Positions 1 to 11,334 of a stretch of 64,000 nt of DNA are shown piece by piece. This DNA comes from Raja brachyura. Its lineage: Eukaryota. Both the position numbers and the translations under genes were made by a program. Position 1 is the first letter of the stretch. Each line of letters opens with the position of its first letter. The stretch is taken from contig OY740791.1 in assembly GCA_963514005.1 (NCBI GenBank), positions 51,956,001 to 52,020,000 on the forward strand. Direction: 5' to 3'. The notes beneath the pieces were generated by a model. That model was not told the DNA's origin. It ran no database searches and worked only from the letters and a program-made list of their open reading frames with translations.

Positions 1-212
1 TTCCCAAGAGCATCAGTGACACATAGAATGGTGAAGTTTCAATATTTACCCAGGGGCACGGTTATCCCAGGGGCAATATCCCCAGGCACTGCACCACAGC
101 AGAGCCTTCCACACGGGCTGTGAAGGAAGAGTGAATACTGGCAAATTGTGCAATGTGACATCAAAATGTGATCCTGATTCTAAGTATGAAGAGCAAACCC
201 TGAGTCACTTAC

Positions 213-473
213 CACTGGGTTCCTGATAGTACGGGACTAAAAGCCGGGGCAGGTCTTGATGAAACAAACCGCATCTCCAGTTTCCTCTGCCTCTTTCAGC
301 TTTCTGAATAACCAGACTCAGGGATTTCTCTTCCACAGTCAGTGTCTTTTCTCCAACACTTTTGCCATCGCCATCGATCCAAACCAGTCTCATTGACTCG
401 GTAACGTGAGACACAGAGCAGGTCAGGGTAATGTTGTCTCCCTCATTCACTGCATCAGACGGCTCAGCTGTGA
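213..473 (-). CDS. Gene 1 exon: Ig C2-type domain D4 (WxC type); gene continues beyond the left edge
   Basis: Acceptor tttccacag, donor G|GTAAGT, 261 nt, phase 1-1, open. VTAEPSDAVNEGDNITLTC...LVW...GNWRCGLF: B-strand Cys, C-strand Trp, F-strand WxC. Confidence 0.9.
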
Positions 474-551
474 CTGTGGAAACAAACAGGTTGTTTACAC
501 TTTTAACAATTAATTCATCAGTAAAAACAGTGGCCGCATTCTGTCTCCTAC

Positions 552-893
552 CTTTCACTGTGATTAGATCAATGGTGAGAAATAGATATGTTCCCTCTAA
601 ACATTTGTAAACTCCGGCATCTTGAAACAAAACTGGGACAATTCTCACACTAACATCCTTGCCATTGAAGTGTTTCACTGAGGTCATCAGTCGATTCCTG
701 AAAGTGGCCTTGCTGACATTGATGGGTTGATAGAGTGTTGCTGATGCTATTACTTCCTCCTGGTCTTTTAGGTGACTAAATTTCCAGATCCACACTTCAA
801 AACCCATCTCGTAAGGAAGCCGATAGCAAACCAGCTGGACTTCACTGTGATCTGTGCTGGAGCGGTAAAGTGTGTGACGTTTGCCGTACATGT
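552..893 (-). CDS. Gene 1 exon: Ig V-type domain D3
   Basis: Acceptor tctctgctgtag, donor G|GTAGGA, 342 nt, phase 1-1, open. EVQLVC...WIW...DAGVYKC V-set motifs. Confidence 0.9.
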
Positions 894-1885
894 CTACAGC
901 AGAGAGACAAAAGAATAGAACTCCTTTCAGCATCACAGTTACTGAGGCACAGGGGTAATCAGGTAAAAGTTCCCACACAGATTTTTATTACAATTATTTG
1001 TGTTTTGTTCATCTGATAAGTTTCAAAATGTGACTTCTTGCATGGATTCCACACCATAAACACGTCAGGTTTTTCTAAAAATAACACATATGTCCGGCAC
1101 AATACACATACCAGGCCACCATCTCCCAGACTGTCACTGATCTCATCATCTCTGGCGATCACCCTGCCACAGCCTCCAACCTAATCGTCCACCAGCCCAT
1201 TTATATCTCCTTCTGAAACTCCACAAATAGGGCAGCCCTGGCAGACCCGTTATTTCTGCCTACCCCTTCCCCACATAAATCATTTCTTCCTCTTGTCCAG
1301 TCCCGGAATGGTGAACGTCTTCTGACCATCTCACTCACCCTCATACAGAACCAGCATGCTGCAAACATCAGCCCTACCCCACTCTCTGTCACATTCCTCT
1401 GTCCACCAGCTGCATCCTTCCTCTCTTTGCATCCAATCCCACCCTTCCCTTCATTCCCATAATTCCCTTCACCCCTCTCTCATTCACACCCATTGATTCC
1501 CACCCTTCCTTCTTCCTGGGTCCTGCTCCCAGCTGAATTCTGATCTGAAGCTGGTCTGGAGCAGCTGGAATTACTTCAATCAGAAGAAAAGTCCTGACCC
1601 AAAACATCACCTATTAATGTTTTCCAGTAATGCCCCACCGAGTTACTCTTACTAAACATATAGAATTCATTCTTTCGGTATTGTGTATCTGCCAAACAGA
1701 GATAAACAGGCAGCTGCTCCACAGGGAGACTTTCTGGAAGCTTCTCCCTGAACACTGAAGCATTTTGTACAAGAGAGCTTTTGGCCATGAACTACAATTC
1801 TTCACGGGGTGCACACATGATGTTATAATAAGCACCAATGGTACAAGTGTATGTTCAATATCTAATATGAGGTATTGACACGTAC

Positions 1886-2155
1886 CTGCTATGACATTAA
1901 AATTGCCATTACTTGTCTGAATGATTTTTCCATTTTCCTGCACTTCACAGACATACAGCTTCCCACCCTCCACTGTAACATGTCGGATCATCAGATAGAC
2001 CGTGTTATTCAGGCGGATCTGATCAGTGTTGCTCATGTTCTGCTGGGATGAGTCCATTGGTCTCCAATGAAGACTGACTGTACCTGAGAGTCTGGAGATG
2101 GTGCAGCTGAGTGTGACGTCACTGCCCAGCAGAGGGTGCTGTGGACTTGCCTCAA
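1886..2155 (-). CDS. Gene 1 exon: Ig C2-type domain D2
   Basis: Acceptor tttttcacag, donor G|GTACGT, 270 nt, open. GSDVTLSC...LHW...LYVCEV. Confidence 0.9.
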
Positions 2156-2475
2156 CTGTGAAAATCAGATCAATGAGATTAAGAGAGAGTAGTGGTGTGT
2201 ACAGTCCAATGAATGGGCTCAACCTCACCTCAGCTGAAAACCTAGACATAGAGACTGAAGAACAACTTATTTCCCAGTGGTATCCGACTCTTGAACCAAT
2301 CACCACCTTCACTCACACTTCCTGGTGGTACTGTCACGTGTTCTGGCAGTTATTGCACTTTAGTTTTATTTTGCGTTCATTCAGACAGCTCTGCAAACTC
2401 TGCACCGTTCTGCTGTGTTGCATTTATTGTGTTTATAGTTTCATCCGTCATTAACTTTTACATCATATTAAAATA

Positions 2476-2860
2476 ATGTTTACAAGACAATAAAACACAA
2501 CACAACCCACCACCATAATACAAGACAAACAATAAACTGTTATACAACTATCTTACAATCCTTGTCAAGGATGCATTCAACGCCCCGTGGTGCCCAGCGG
2601 TCCTGGAAATCCCCCAGAGTGTCCATAGTGAGCGCATAGTCCCTCTCCAAGACCACCCAGGCATGGACATAACCGTGGAAAAGCAGCAGGCAGCTGGCTC
2701 GGGCAGAGCCCTCTTCCGCCTAGCGCCGTGACTCGCTGGTGGCCGGCGTGGCCAGGCCAAGGAGAGAAGGTAAAAACTGGCTTTGCGGGGCTGGGAAACT
2801 ATATGGTTGCAGGGTGTGGGAAGCAGACAGCCAGAAGTGATGAAATCAGTAATGGTGTTA
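2476..2860 (-). mobile_element. Tx1/L1-like LINE 3' fragment
   Basis: Minus translation ...LLFHGYVHAWVVLERDYALTMDTLGDFQDRWAPRGVECIL resembles the Tx1 ORF2 C-terminus, followed by a T/G-rich 3' region. Shorter copy at about 56310-56510. Confidence 0.5.
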
Positions 2861-2869
2861 GCGGAGCCG

Positions 2870-4930
2870 GTCCACACCCTCAACAACTTCTCCTTTGACT
2901 CATCTCACTTCCTCCATGTCCAAGGTGTATCTATGGGCATCCGTATTGGCCCCATCTATACCTCCCTCTTTGTTTGGTATATTGAACAATCCCTGTTTCA
3001 GGCATACACTGGCCATATCCCCAAACTCTATCTTCATTATATTGATGCTGCATCATTGCTACCTCCTGCACCCACACAGAACTCATGGACCATCCACTTC
3101 ATCACCAATTTTCATCCTACATTCAAATTTTCTTGGACCATCTCCGACACCTCCTCTCCCTTTCTTGACACCACAGTCTCCATCACAAGAAATACACTTT
3201 TGACTGACGTCAATTATAAACCCACTGACTCCCACAACTATCTCAACTACACTTCTTCCCATCGTGCTTCCTACAAAGACTCTATCCCCTACTCTCAATA
3301 CTTCCTTCTACGCCGCATCTGCGCTCAAGATGAGGTGTTCCATACCACAACATACGAGATGTCCTCATTCTTTAGGCAACGGGGTTCCCCTCTCCCATCA
3401 TTCATGAGGCCCTCACTCGTGTCTCCTCTGTACCCCACAGCTCTGCCCTTGCTCCCCCTCTCCCTAGCCACAACAGAGACAGAGCCCCCCTAGTCCTCAC
3501 CTTACACACCATCAGCCGTCGTACACAACACATAATCCTCCTAAAGTTCCGCCACCACCAACGGGATCTCATCACTAGCCACATTTCCCCGTCTCCACTC
3601 CTTTCTGCCTTCCGCAGAGACTGTTCCCTCTGCAAGTCCCTGGTTATCGCATCCCTTCCCACCTCCTCCCCAGATACCGTCCCCTACAACCGCAGAAGAT
3701 GCAACACCTGTCACTATAACTCCTCCCTTGACTCTGACTAGGGACCCCGACAGTCATTTCAGGTGAGCAGAGGTATTCTTGCACCTCCTCCAACCACATC
3801 CATTGTATCGTTGATCAAGATGTGAAGTCTTTTACATCGGCGAGACCAAAGGCAGACTGGGCGATCATTTAACGGAGCACCATCGCTTAGACCACATGAA
3901 CCAACCCGATCTCCCAGTTGCTGGACACTTCAATTGTCCTACCCATTCCTACGCAGACCTTTCTGTCCTCGTTCTCCTCCATTGTCAGTGTGAAGGGCCT
4001 GTCCTACCAGCATCCGACTCCATGCGATGAGCGCGATCAAACTAGAAGCGGGGGCCGCGCAGAGGTCGGGTGATCCCCTGTACAGGGCCGTTCCCACCAG
4101 CATGCGCCTGCATGTGGCAAGCGCAACCAAACCGGCAGCGAGGGCCGCGCGGTGGTCGGGTGAGTGGCGCAACGCCGCGCAAAGTGAGGCGAACTTGGAG
4201 CGAAGTCTTAAAGTAAGTTCGCCAGGACAGAGAGGGGCACAGAGGCACACATACAGAGGGCCACGGAGCCACACACATAGAGGGTCATGGAGGCACCTAC
4301 AGATAGGTTCACGGAGGCACGATATCGAGCCGGTGTGTCATGCGTTGAGGCGACTGCGAGCCGACAAGCCGTTGCTGCGCGGAATTTTTGAACATAGTCA
4401 GATTTTCGGAGCCCCGCGCGATGTCGGGACGAACTCCGCACAATTCCGCACGGCTCCGGCGATCGAAGTGGGACCGGCCCTGCGACGCCGGACAGCTCAA
4501 GCGACCACGTTAGGTCGCGCTCATCGCACAGTTGCATGCTGGTAGGACAGGCCCTTGAGGCTAATTGCAAATTGGAGGAACAACATCTCATATTTCACTT
4601 GGGCAGCTTACAGCCCAGTGATATGAATATTGGTTTCTCTCACTTCAGGTAGCCCTGCATTCCCTCACTCTCCATCCCTCCCCCACCCTATTCACACTAG
4701 CTTCTCATTTTCACCCTACAAAGAGCTTACAATGGCCTATTTCCTTTATCATCGTCACTTTTTTGTATATCTTTCATTCATTGTTCTTTATCTCTCCACG
4801 TCGCCGTCTATATTTCTCGTTTCCATTATTCCTAACCAGTCTGAAGAAGAAGGATCACAACCCGAAACGTCACCCGTTCCTTCTCTCCAGAGATGCTGCC
4901 TGTCCTGTTGAGTTACTCCAGACACTTTTT
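2870..4930 (+). mobile_element. Degenerate Penelope-like retroelement (RT + GIY-YIG remnants), interrupted by a MITE
   Basis: ORF 2783-3493 gives LNNFSF..QGVSMG..YID..FLD..YKPTDSHNYL (PLE-type RT). Downstream FYIGETKGRLGDH..EH is GIY-YIG-like. Typical tail ctgaagaa..cccgaaacgtcac..gagttactccag. Confidence 0.8.
3994..4555. mobile_element. Non-autonomous DNA transposon (MITE), PIF/Harbinger-like
   Basis: Perfect 20-bp TIRs AGGGCCTGTCCTACCAGCAT (3994-4013; 4536-4555) flanked by a 3-bp TGA duplication. Absent at the paralogous site near 56921. Confidence 0.85.
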
Positions 4931-5450
4931 GTGTCCATTGGCAGTGCTGTGGCTTGCTGGTCACTGTTTAAATGAGGACATTTCTTTTTGTAGCAAGGGA
5001 AGATTGTAATCTTAGTTGCATTATACTGCATTTATTTTTGTAAAGTTTATTATAATAATAAACTATACAATATATTATTTCTATTGACGTCATTATATGG
5101 CTACTAATGATATTATCATTATTTCTATTGTTGTCATTACAAGGCTACAAATGATATAATAATTATTGTATCAGTTATTTCTGAGTTAGTCTTCTCCCAT
5201 TGATTTTGGTTCCTACTGGCAACTGTTGTATTGTGGAATTAATTTGTGGAGCGTATAAAAGTCCCCTGGTGGACATGTTGAGTTACCTGCTACTGCGATT
5301 GTCTGTGATCAAAGAAAAGTGAAGAAACTAACTGTAGCCCCATTATTACCCACAGCCCAGAGTGACTGGAATACTCTCATCAAAACATAGGTTTACACGT
5401 GACATTATTTACAGTGAAACACATTATTGATCCGTGTCTCGCCCACTCAC

Positions 5451-5789
5451 CTTTGATCCCAAATATTTCATATTGTTTCAGGATTTGCTTCATCGGCTGT
5501 GTTTTAGTCAAAGTGAAGAATCCCGCCCATTTAAATGCGTTGTTTTTTATTATCAGATTACAAGTAGTGGCATCCACATCCACCTCCTGGTTCTTGTCTC
5601 TATCTCTCCAGCCATCGCCCCACTGGATGGTCCAATGTTTGTCCACTCTGCTGCCAGTTAACACTGTCTGGATTCCCTGCCCTGAGTGTGGTTCCCATTC
5701 CCAAACAACAATGCCACTCTCAGGATTGTCCGGTCCTTTTAACGTAATGTTGCCTCCATTATCCAAGAAATGAATCAGATTTCTCTTTT
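5451..5789 (-). CDS. Gene 1 exon: N-terminal Ig V-like domain D1 lacking canonical cysteines
   Basis: Acceptor ctttccaacag, donor G|GTGAGT, 339 nt, open. GGNITLKGP...VVWEW...NLIIK...WAGFFTL. Confidence 0.85.
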
Positions 5790-6234
5790 CTGTTGGAAAG
5801 AGGAGCAATGAAAGAATTTAGAACACATTTCCTCCACCCATGTCAGCAATTATTAATTTTGAATTCTATTTATTTCCAGAAAGTTTTGATCTTCCTCAGA
5901 AAAGACCTGAAGTGCTGGAGTAATCAGCGGATCAGGCAGCATCACCGGGGAACACGGATAGGTTACGTTTTGTGTCAGAAGCCTTCATCAGACGCCTGTG
6001 TACCCGAAGGTTCCTTATCTGAAATGTCACTTATCCATATTCACCAGAGGTGCTGTCCGACCTGCTGAGTTACTACAGCACTTTGTGTTTTTCATTCCCT
6101 GTGAAGCATTGACTGAGAAATAGATTGTCGGAAGGTGGATAAGCGAGTTCAGTATTCCGACTGCGCATGCCCAGTTCATAGTTCACTAGCAATAAAGTCG
6201 GAGGTGCTGCATTGTGCGCAGACTTGCGTTTTGT

Positions 6235-6760
6235 CCTTGAGCTGGCGGGGCAGCCCTGGACTTTCAGCCGCTGCCTCCAGTTCGACTCTGCCGGGTTGGT
6301 CAGCAGCCCTCCACCACCACCCCGCTCCCCTTAGTATGACACCGAGATCCTGTTGAAGATGGGCAGCCGCCGGCTGGATGAAGTGGCAGCGGGTACCGTA
6401 GGGGCAGAGCTCAACTCGGCCAGGCCGTGGACGAACTGGCACTTGTCGCCGTAGTGGCCCATCAGGGAGCGGGTTCCTGTGGAGTTGGAGTGGGGTTGGG
6501 CTGGAGTTGGCGCTGGCTGTGGTTCTGTGGGTTCGTTCTGGTAGTGGGCCTGGGGGGCAGAGTCCCGTCAGTCTGGACGTCTCCAGCCGCCCCCCGAGCG
6601 GGGATGGGACATTCGATTGGGGGAGAGTGGTGAGAACGAGGGACGGTCCAGTAGCGGTTATGCAGCGCTTGCATTTTTGCAGCGTTTGTGGTTGCGGGGA
6701 CACGGGTTTGATCCTGGCTGCAAACGAGACGCGGTTCTCCGGATGAGAGCCGGTCCAGTC
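6235..6760 (-). pseudogene. ZFP36/TIS11-family CCCH zinc-finger processed fragment in intron
   Basis: GC-rich island encoding HYGDKCQFVHGLAEL then, frameshifted, LCPYGTRCHFIQ. These match the two TIS11 CCCH fingers with an internal deletion. Confidence 0.7.
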
Positions 6761-7618
6761 TATCCCCCCCCCCCCCCCCCCCCCGGTCTCTAGGGCTTTA
6801 TTTCCTTCGTGTTTCGATAGTTCATTATTCTAGGTAAGGAAATACTGTTTTAAAACTATGTACAAAGATGCAATGTTTTTCTAATTTTTATTGGTTCATG
6901 CCTCCGTGAGTGAGCGAGATCACGAAGATAAATGACACACTTTTTTTTCCTTGAGGGTGGGGGAAATAAAATTAAATGTATGATTTCTATAACTTTCAAT
7001 AGACTTTAAGGAGTTATTTGGACGGATTTAAATTGCTGCAACTACAGCAAGAGCTACAAGTATAGATTTTCTTCCCATATTTTTTAACCCCCTTCTTCGC
7101 TAAAAAAAATATTCAAAGCTTTGACTTTCCATGACATTAAATCTTCCAGCTTCATATCTTGGAACTTTGAATCAGCCATGACAAATAGAAGCTAAAAAAA
7201 AGACAAAAAAATCGGACCAAACGTATACTCACTGTATCTATAGCGCTGAGATCTATTTACTGTTAAAGCTTACGACCTTTGACAAATCCCATGATTCCTT
7301 GCGTTTTTCGGAATACCGAACTAGCTTATTGTCTGAGCTGCAGAAGGGAACTGTGCGGCAGCGTGCAGAATCATTGCGGGTGATTCTTGGGCAGCGAATT
7401 CTGCAACAAGCTGACAGGTCGGAATCTCTCTCTGAGGGGAGGCAGCTGATGGGAGGGGTGCAGAAATGGAGCTCCAACAAGAATGGCATGGATTTGTGAT
7501 GCAGCAGCACATTCAGGGATGTGGAGAGGAAAGTGAGATTGACAATGGGGTGCGGGTTTACAAGGACAATGATAAAGTAAAGCAAGGTGATTGTGACCGG
7601 TGAAGAGAAAGCACTTAC

Positions 7619-7706
7619 TCTGTGTGGAAACAGATCGAAGCAGGAAAAGAAAGACTCCGAACATCAAACCAGTTGGCAAACTGCTGCAGAGAAACCTCGG
7701 CCTCAT
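7619..7706 (-). CDS. Gene 1 leader (signal peptide) exon
   Basis: ATG at 7706, MRPRFLCSSLPTGLMFGVFLFLLRSVSTQ, phase-1 donor A|GTAAGT. Acceptor tttcccacag 12 nt upstream of the ATG implies a non-coding exon 1. Confidence 0.85.
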
Positions 7707-10381
7707 TTTGTGGATTCCCTGTGGGAAATAAAGTGCAGTTTTAGACTTAGCCTGTCCGAGACACATATCTTCAGCACATTTGGACTACAAGTTAATCGGA
7801 CACTGAAGGTGGCAGTACAAGTAGATAGGGTAGAAAATAATGTGTATTGGATGCTTGCTTTCAATACTAAGGCCATTGAACACCAAAGGCAGGAAGTCAT
7901 GATGCAGCTCTATAGGACTGGCAAAGAAAAAAGGAGTTGAACATTTTCCATTTTTTAATGTTTCCATTAAATGTGGACACTTCCAGGCCATCCTGAATTA
8001 CCCTTCAACTGACCCAATTGTGAGTCACTTCAGAGTCACCCACATTATTGTGCCCCATGCCCATGTACAGCACAGATTGTATAAGGACAGCATGTTGTCT
8101 CTCCTTGAGGATGCTGGTGATACAGAGCCAGGATTCTGTTTACTTGTTTCTAAAGACAAACCTTCAAATGCATTATTTTTGTTCTGGTGCTGCCCACTCT
8201 GGGTCAAAGGCTGGATTATGAGAATAGGAACATTGCCCCATGTCCCATACACTGTTACTATGCTGAGGAATAAAACAACGATATGACAAAGAGAGGTCCA
8301 TCTTGGAATGGGGCTGATTGACCCTTTCCAGACTGCAGGATAACGTGCTGAGGGACGCATTGAAGCTTGGTGCAGCCAACTTATAGACTCTGTTAGGGAG
8401 GATCATTGTCTTGAGTCCTTCCGCTGCTGGACGTTGAAGATTCATGGGTCACCCATAGAAGGGAAGGGATATCACCCAAGGGGTGGCAAATGACAGTCAA
8501 TGGTGTATTGTGTAAAGTTAGGTGCAAACACCACTGAGTGTGACACTATTAATCGTATAGACATCAAGAGTGTTTGTGTTAGTTTTGTATAGAAATATGG
8601 AACTGCAGATGCTGGTTTACCAAGGAAAGACATAAAATACTGGAGTAACAGTGTGTCAGGCAGCACTCCTGGAAAACAAGAATAGTTTCGAGTTGGGACC
8701 CTTCAGACTAGTTTCGTATATATTCTTTATTCTGAAATAAAGTTTATTTTTGAAAAATAAAAAAATGTCAGGTTTGAAGGGTGCAAGGATTCTGCCGTTC
8801 CCCATATCACATTCAGAACCTGATGCAAAATTCTGAGAAATGGTCAAGGCTGCATGAAGAGCTGTCTTGCAATTTAACCACAATGATTCGTCTATTCTGG
8901 GCTGTTTCTCTTCCTGATTTTTTATCTCAACTAAATTTCACAATGCGTCAATAAATATCAGAAGTGTGAAGGACAAAGAAAACATCAAACCATCCCAAAA
9001 CCTTATTGAAACATGCAAAAGAGAATTAGGGGTGGATTATTTGTCACTTTGAGCCTGTTTAATCATTCAAAACAATCTCATATTCCAATTTTTTCCTGAT
9101 AGATTTTGATGCATTTTATGTCAAAAAAATCAATCCCCTACTTAACAAGATTCAGTAACCTGCCATCCACCATTTTCTGTGGGGTGAATTTCAATGGCTC
9201 ACCATGTTCACAATGAAGAAATTTCTCAGCCCTAAACTTCTCACCCCTTATCTTGAGTCCAAAACCCCTTCTTCCAGATCCTACAGTCACTGGAAATATC
9301 CTTGTGTATTGGGTCTGTCTAGCTCTGCTTTGAATTTTGTTTAATTTGGAGAGGTCTTGTTTAAGTCTTTCAAACTCCAGTGACTACTGGCTCAGTTACC
9401 CCCTCCTCGCCTTACACATTATTCCTGCCATTCCAGGAATCAGTCTGGTCTGCCTTGGCTGCATTACCTCTGTGGCTGAAAATCCCTTTCTCCGGTAAGG
9501 GGAGCACAAAGACCTGTCTGGGGAAACATGGGCCAGGCGCAGCCAATTGTGATGGGGTCAGTTGGACATCTTGGTCAGCATGTGTATGTTGGGTCGATGT
9601 GTCTATTTCCATGCTGTACAGCTCTCTGACTCTCTGCTGCATCTGTGTATATTTGACAGGTAACTCAACTGACTGAGATCGCCTGGAAACCTCTTTGCAT
9701 CCTCATTGCTTCTCCCATTTACTCTCAGTTTCATGTTATCAAACTTAGAAACATTAAAATTGTTTCCTTGTCAATACCATTGATGAACATTGAAAGTCAT
9801 TCTTCAGTTGCGAATGGTCATCTGTTCATTTACTTCCACAGAGGATTCCTGATCAGTAAATTCCCTCCAGCAATTTGCTCTTTGCTCATGTTTCCAGAAT
9901 CTGCAAACCATTGGGTCTCCACATCTTCAACTTTATCTATTCTACATGGTACAACACAATAATCTCTAATAGATCTGTTTGCCATGATTTTGCTTACATA
10001 AATTCAAAAAGACTTTGTCTTATCGCATAAATTATTGTTAAATATCCAAACACTGTTTTGCAACCCGGAAACACCAAACCAGGTTGGAGATTGAAACATT
10101 TTCATCCAGCAGGTAGCAAACAGGAAATTTAATATGTCAAAAAGAATAAAGAGCCGTCATTTAGTTGAAACACGGCTATTTTAATTTTTAATCAGTAGGA
10201 AATAGCAAAAATATGAAAAAAACACAATTTTTCGTTAACCCCAACAATGCAATAGGAGAAGACATTTAAAAATAAAATTTGAAGAAGTACATCAATTTAG
10301 CAAATTACATTGTCAATCATTTAATCCCGTCCAATTAATCCACTTTAAAGCAATGAAGAATAATATTTGAAGTTTACTGAC

Positions 10382-10664
10382 CTTCTGCAGAGGGACTTGT
10401 GTGGAATACCAGCGAAGTAGCAACGTGGCTTTGAGCCCAGCACAGGACAAGCTGAGGTTCCCACACTCTGCACAGTAACTGACGCTGCCTCTTGTCAAAC
10501 CAAAGGACACTTCCCCTCCAGCTCAGGTTTCCTGCACCACTGAGGTTGATCCAAATGGTTTAAAATGTAGAATTAGACAACAAATTAAGGTACAGATGTT
10601 CAAAATGGGAATGTTTTGAGATCAAAGACATTTCACCTGGACTTGAACTTGCACCTATGCGGTT
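10382..10664 (-). promoter_or_regulatory. Candidate non-coding first exon and promoter of gene 1
   Basis: Donor AAG|GTCAGT at 10381/10380. Upstream PU.1/ETS-like GAGGGGAAGT (10509-10518), CAGGAAA (10528-10534) and RUNX-like TGCGGTT (10658-10664). Short motifs only. Confidence 0.3.
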
Positions 10665-11334
10665 TTGATCATATCTGATGGATTTCTAATGGGAGAGCTC
10701 CAGGTGCTTTGTTGCGTTCTGCTGGGTGTGTGAAGTAATGAGTGGCTAAGAGAGAGTACAAGCAGTCCAGGGAGGTCCTGCCACTGTGATGAAAAACTCA
10801 CACTGCTACATCCATGAGGTGTTGTGTTCATTAACATGCTGGCAATTACATCGCACCCATTGGGACAAACTGAACCATTTCCAGAGAGGATTGGGGACAC
10901 TGTGTGGGAGCACCTTCAACAAAAGGATTGCAGAACATCAAGAAGGCAGCTCACCATCACCTTCTCTTAGGCAGTTAGTGATGGATGTTAAAATATTAAT
11001 TTTACTTCGGAGTCACGTGAGTGACTACGTGAAGAACCCCGTACAGCCGTTCGTGCGTCATTGCGTCAGACGTTTTTCGTGCAGACGACTGTGGAGCAGC
11101 GCAGCTCCTCCATGGTAAGTCTAAAAAAGTTGCAGGTAAGTGTTATTTTTCTTACCTGTTCTAGGTCTCTGCAGGAACCTCCGGGGTTTTTTGCAGTGGA
11201 TGTTCGCGATAGCTGAAGAGGGAACCAGCCGAGGGCTTTGGGGGAAAACCTTGGTCCGACCGCAGAAGCGGAGAGCTGGGAAAGTCAGGTTCGCGATCGG
11301 AGTCACTGATAACGCGGTCAGTGACTCCACACGT

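Noticed and set aside
205-978. ORF-track starts for Ig ORFs (also 1614-2312, 5380-5808, 53896-54672)
   Set aside because: They include intronic sequence; true boundaries are the splice sites listed.
3939-4591. Overlapping GC-rich ORFs
   Set aside because: Inside a MITE; no recognisable protein motif.
213-5789. Rearranging Ig/TCR gene segments
   Set aside because: Each Ig exon ends in a splice donor, not an RSS; these are germline-joined receptor exons.
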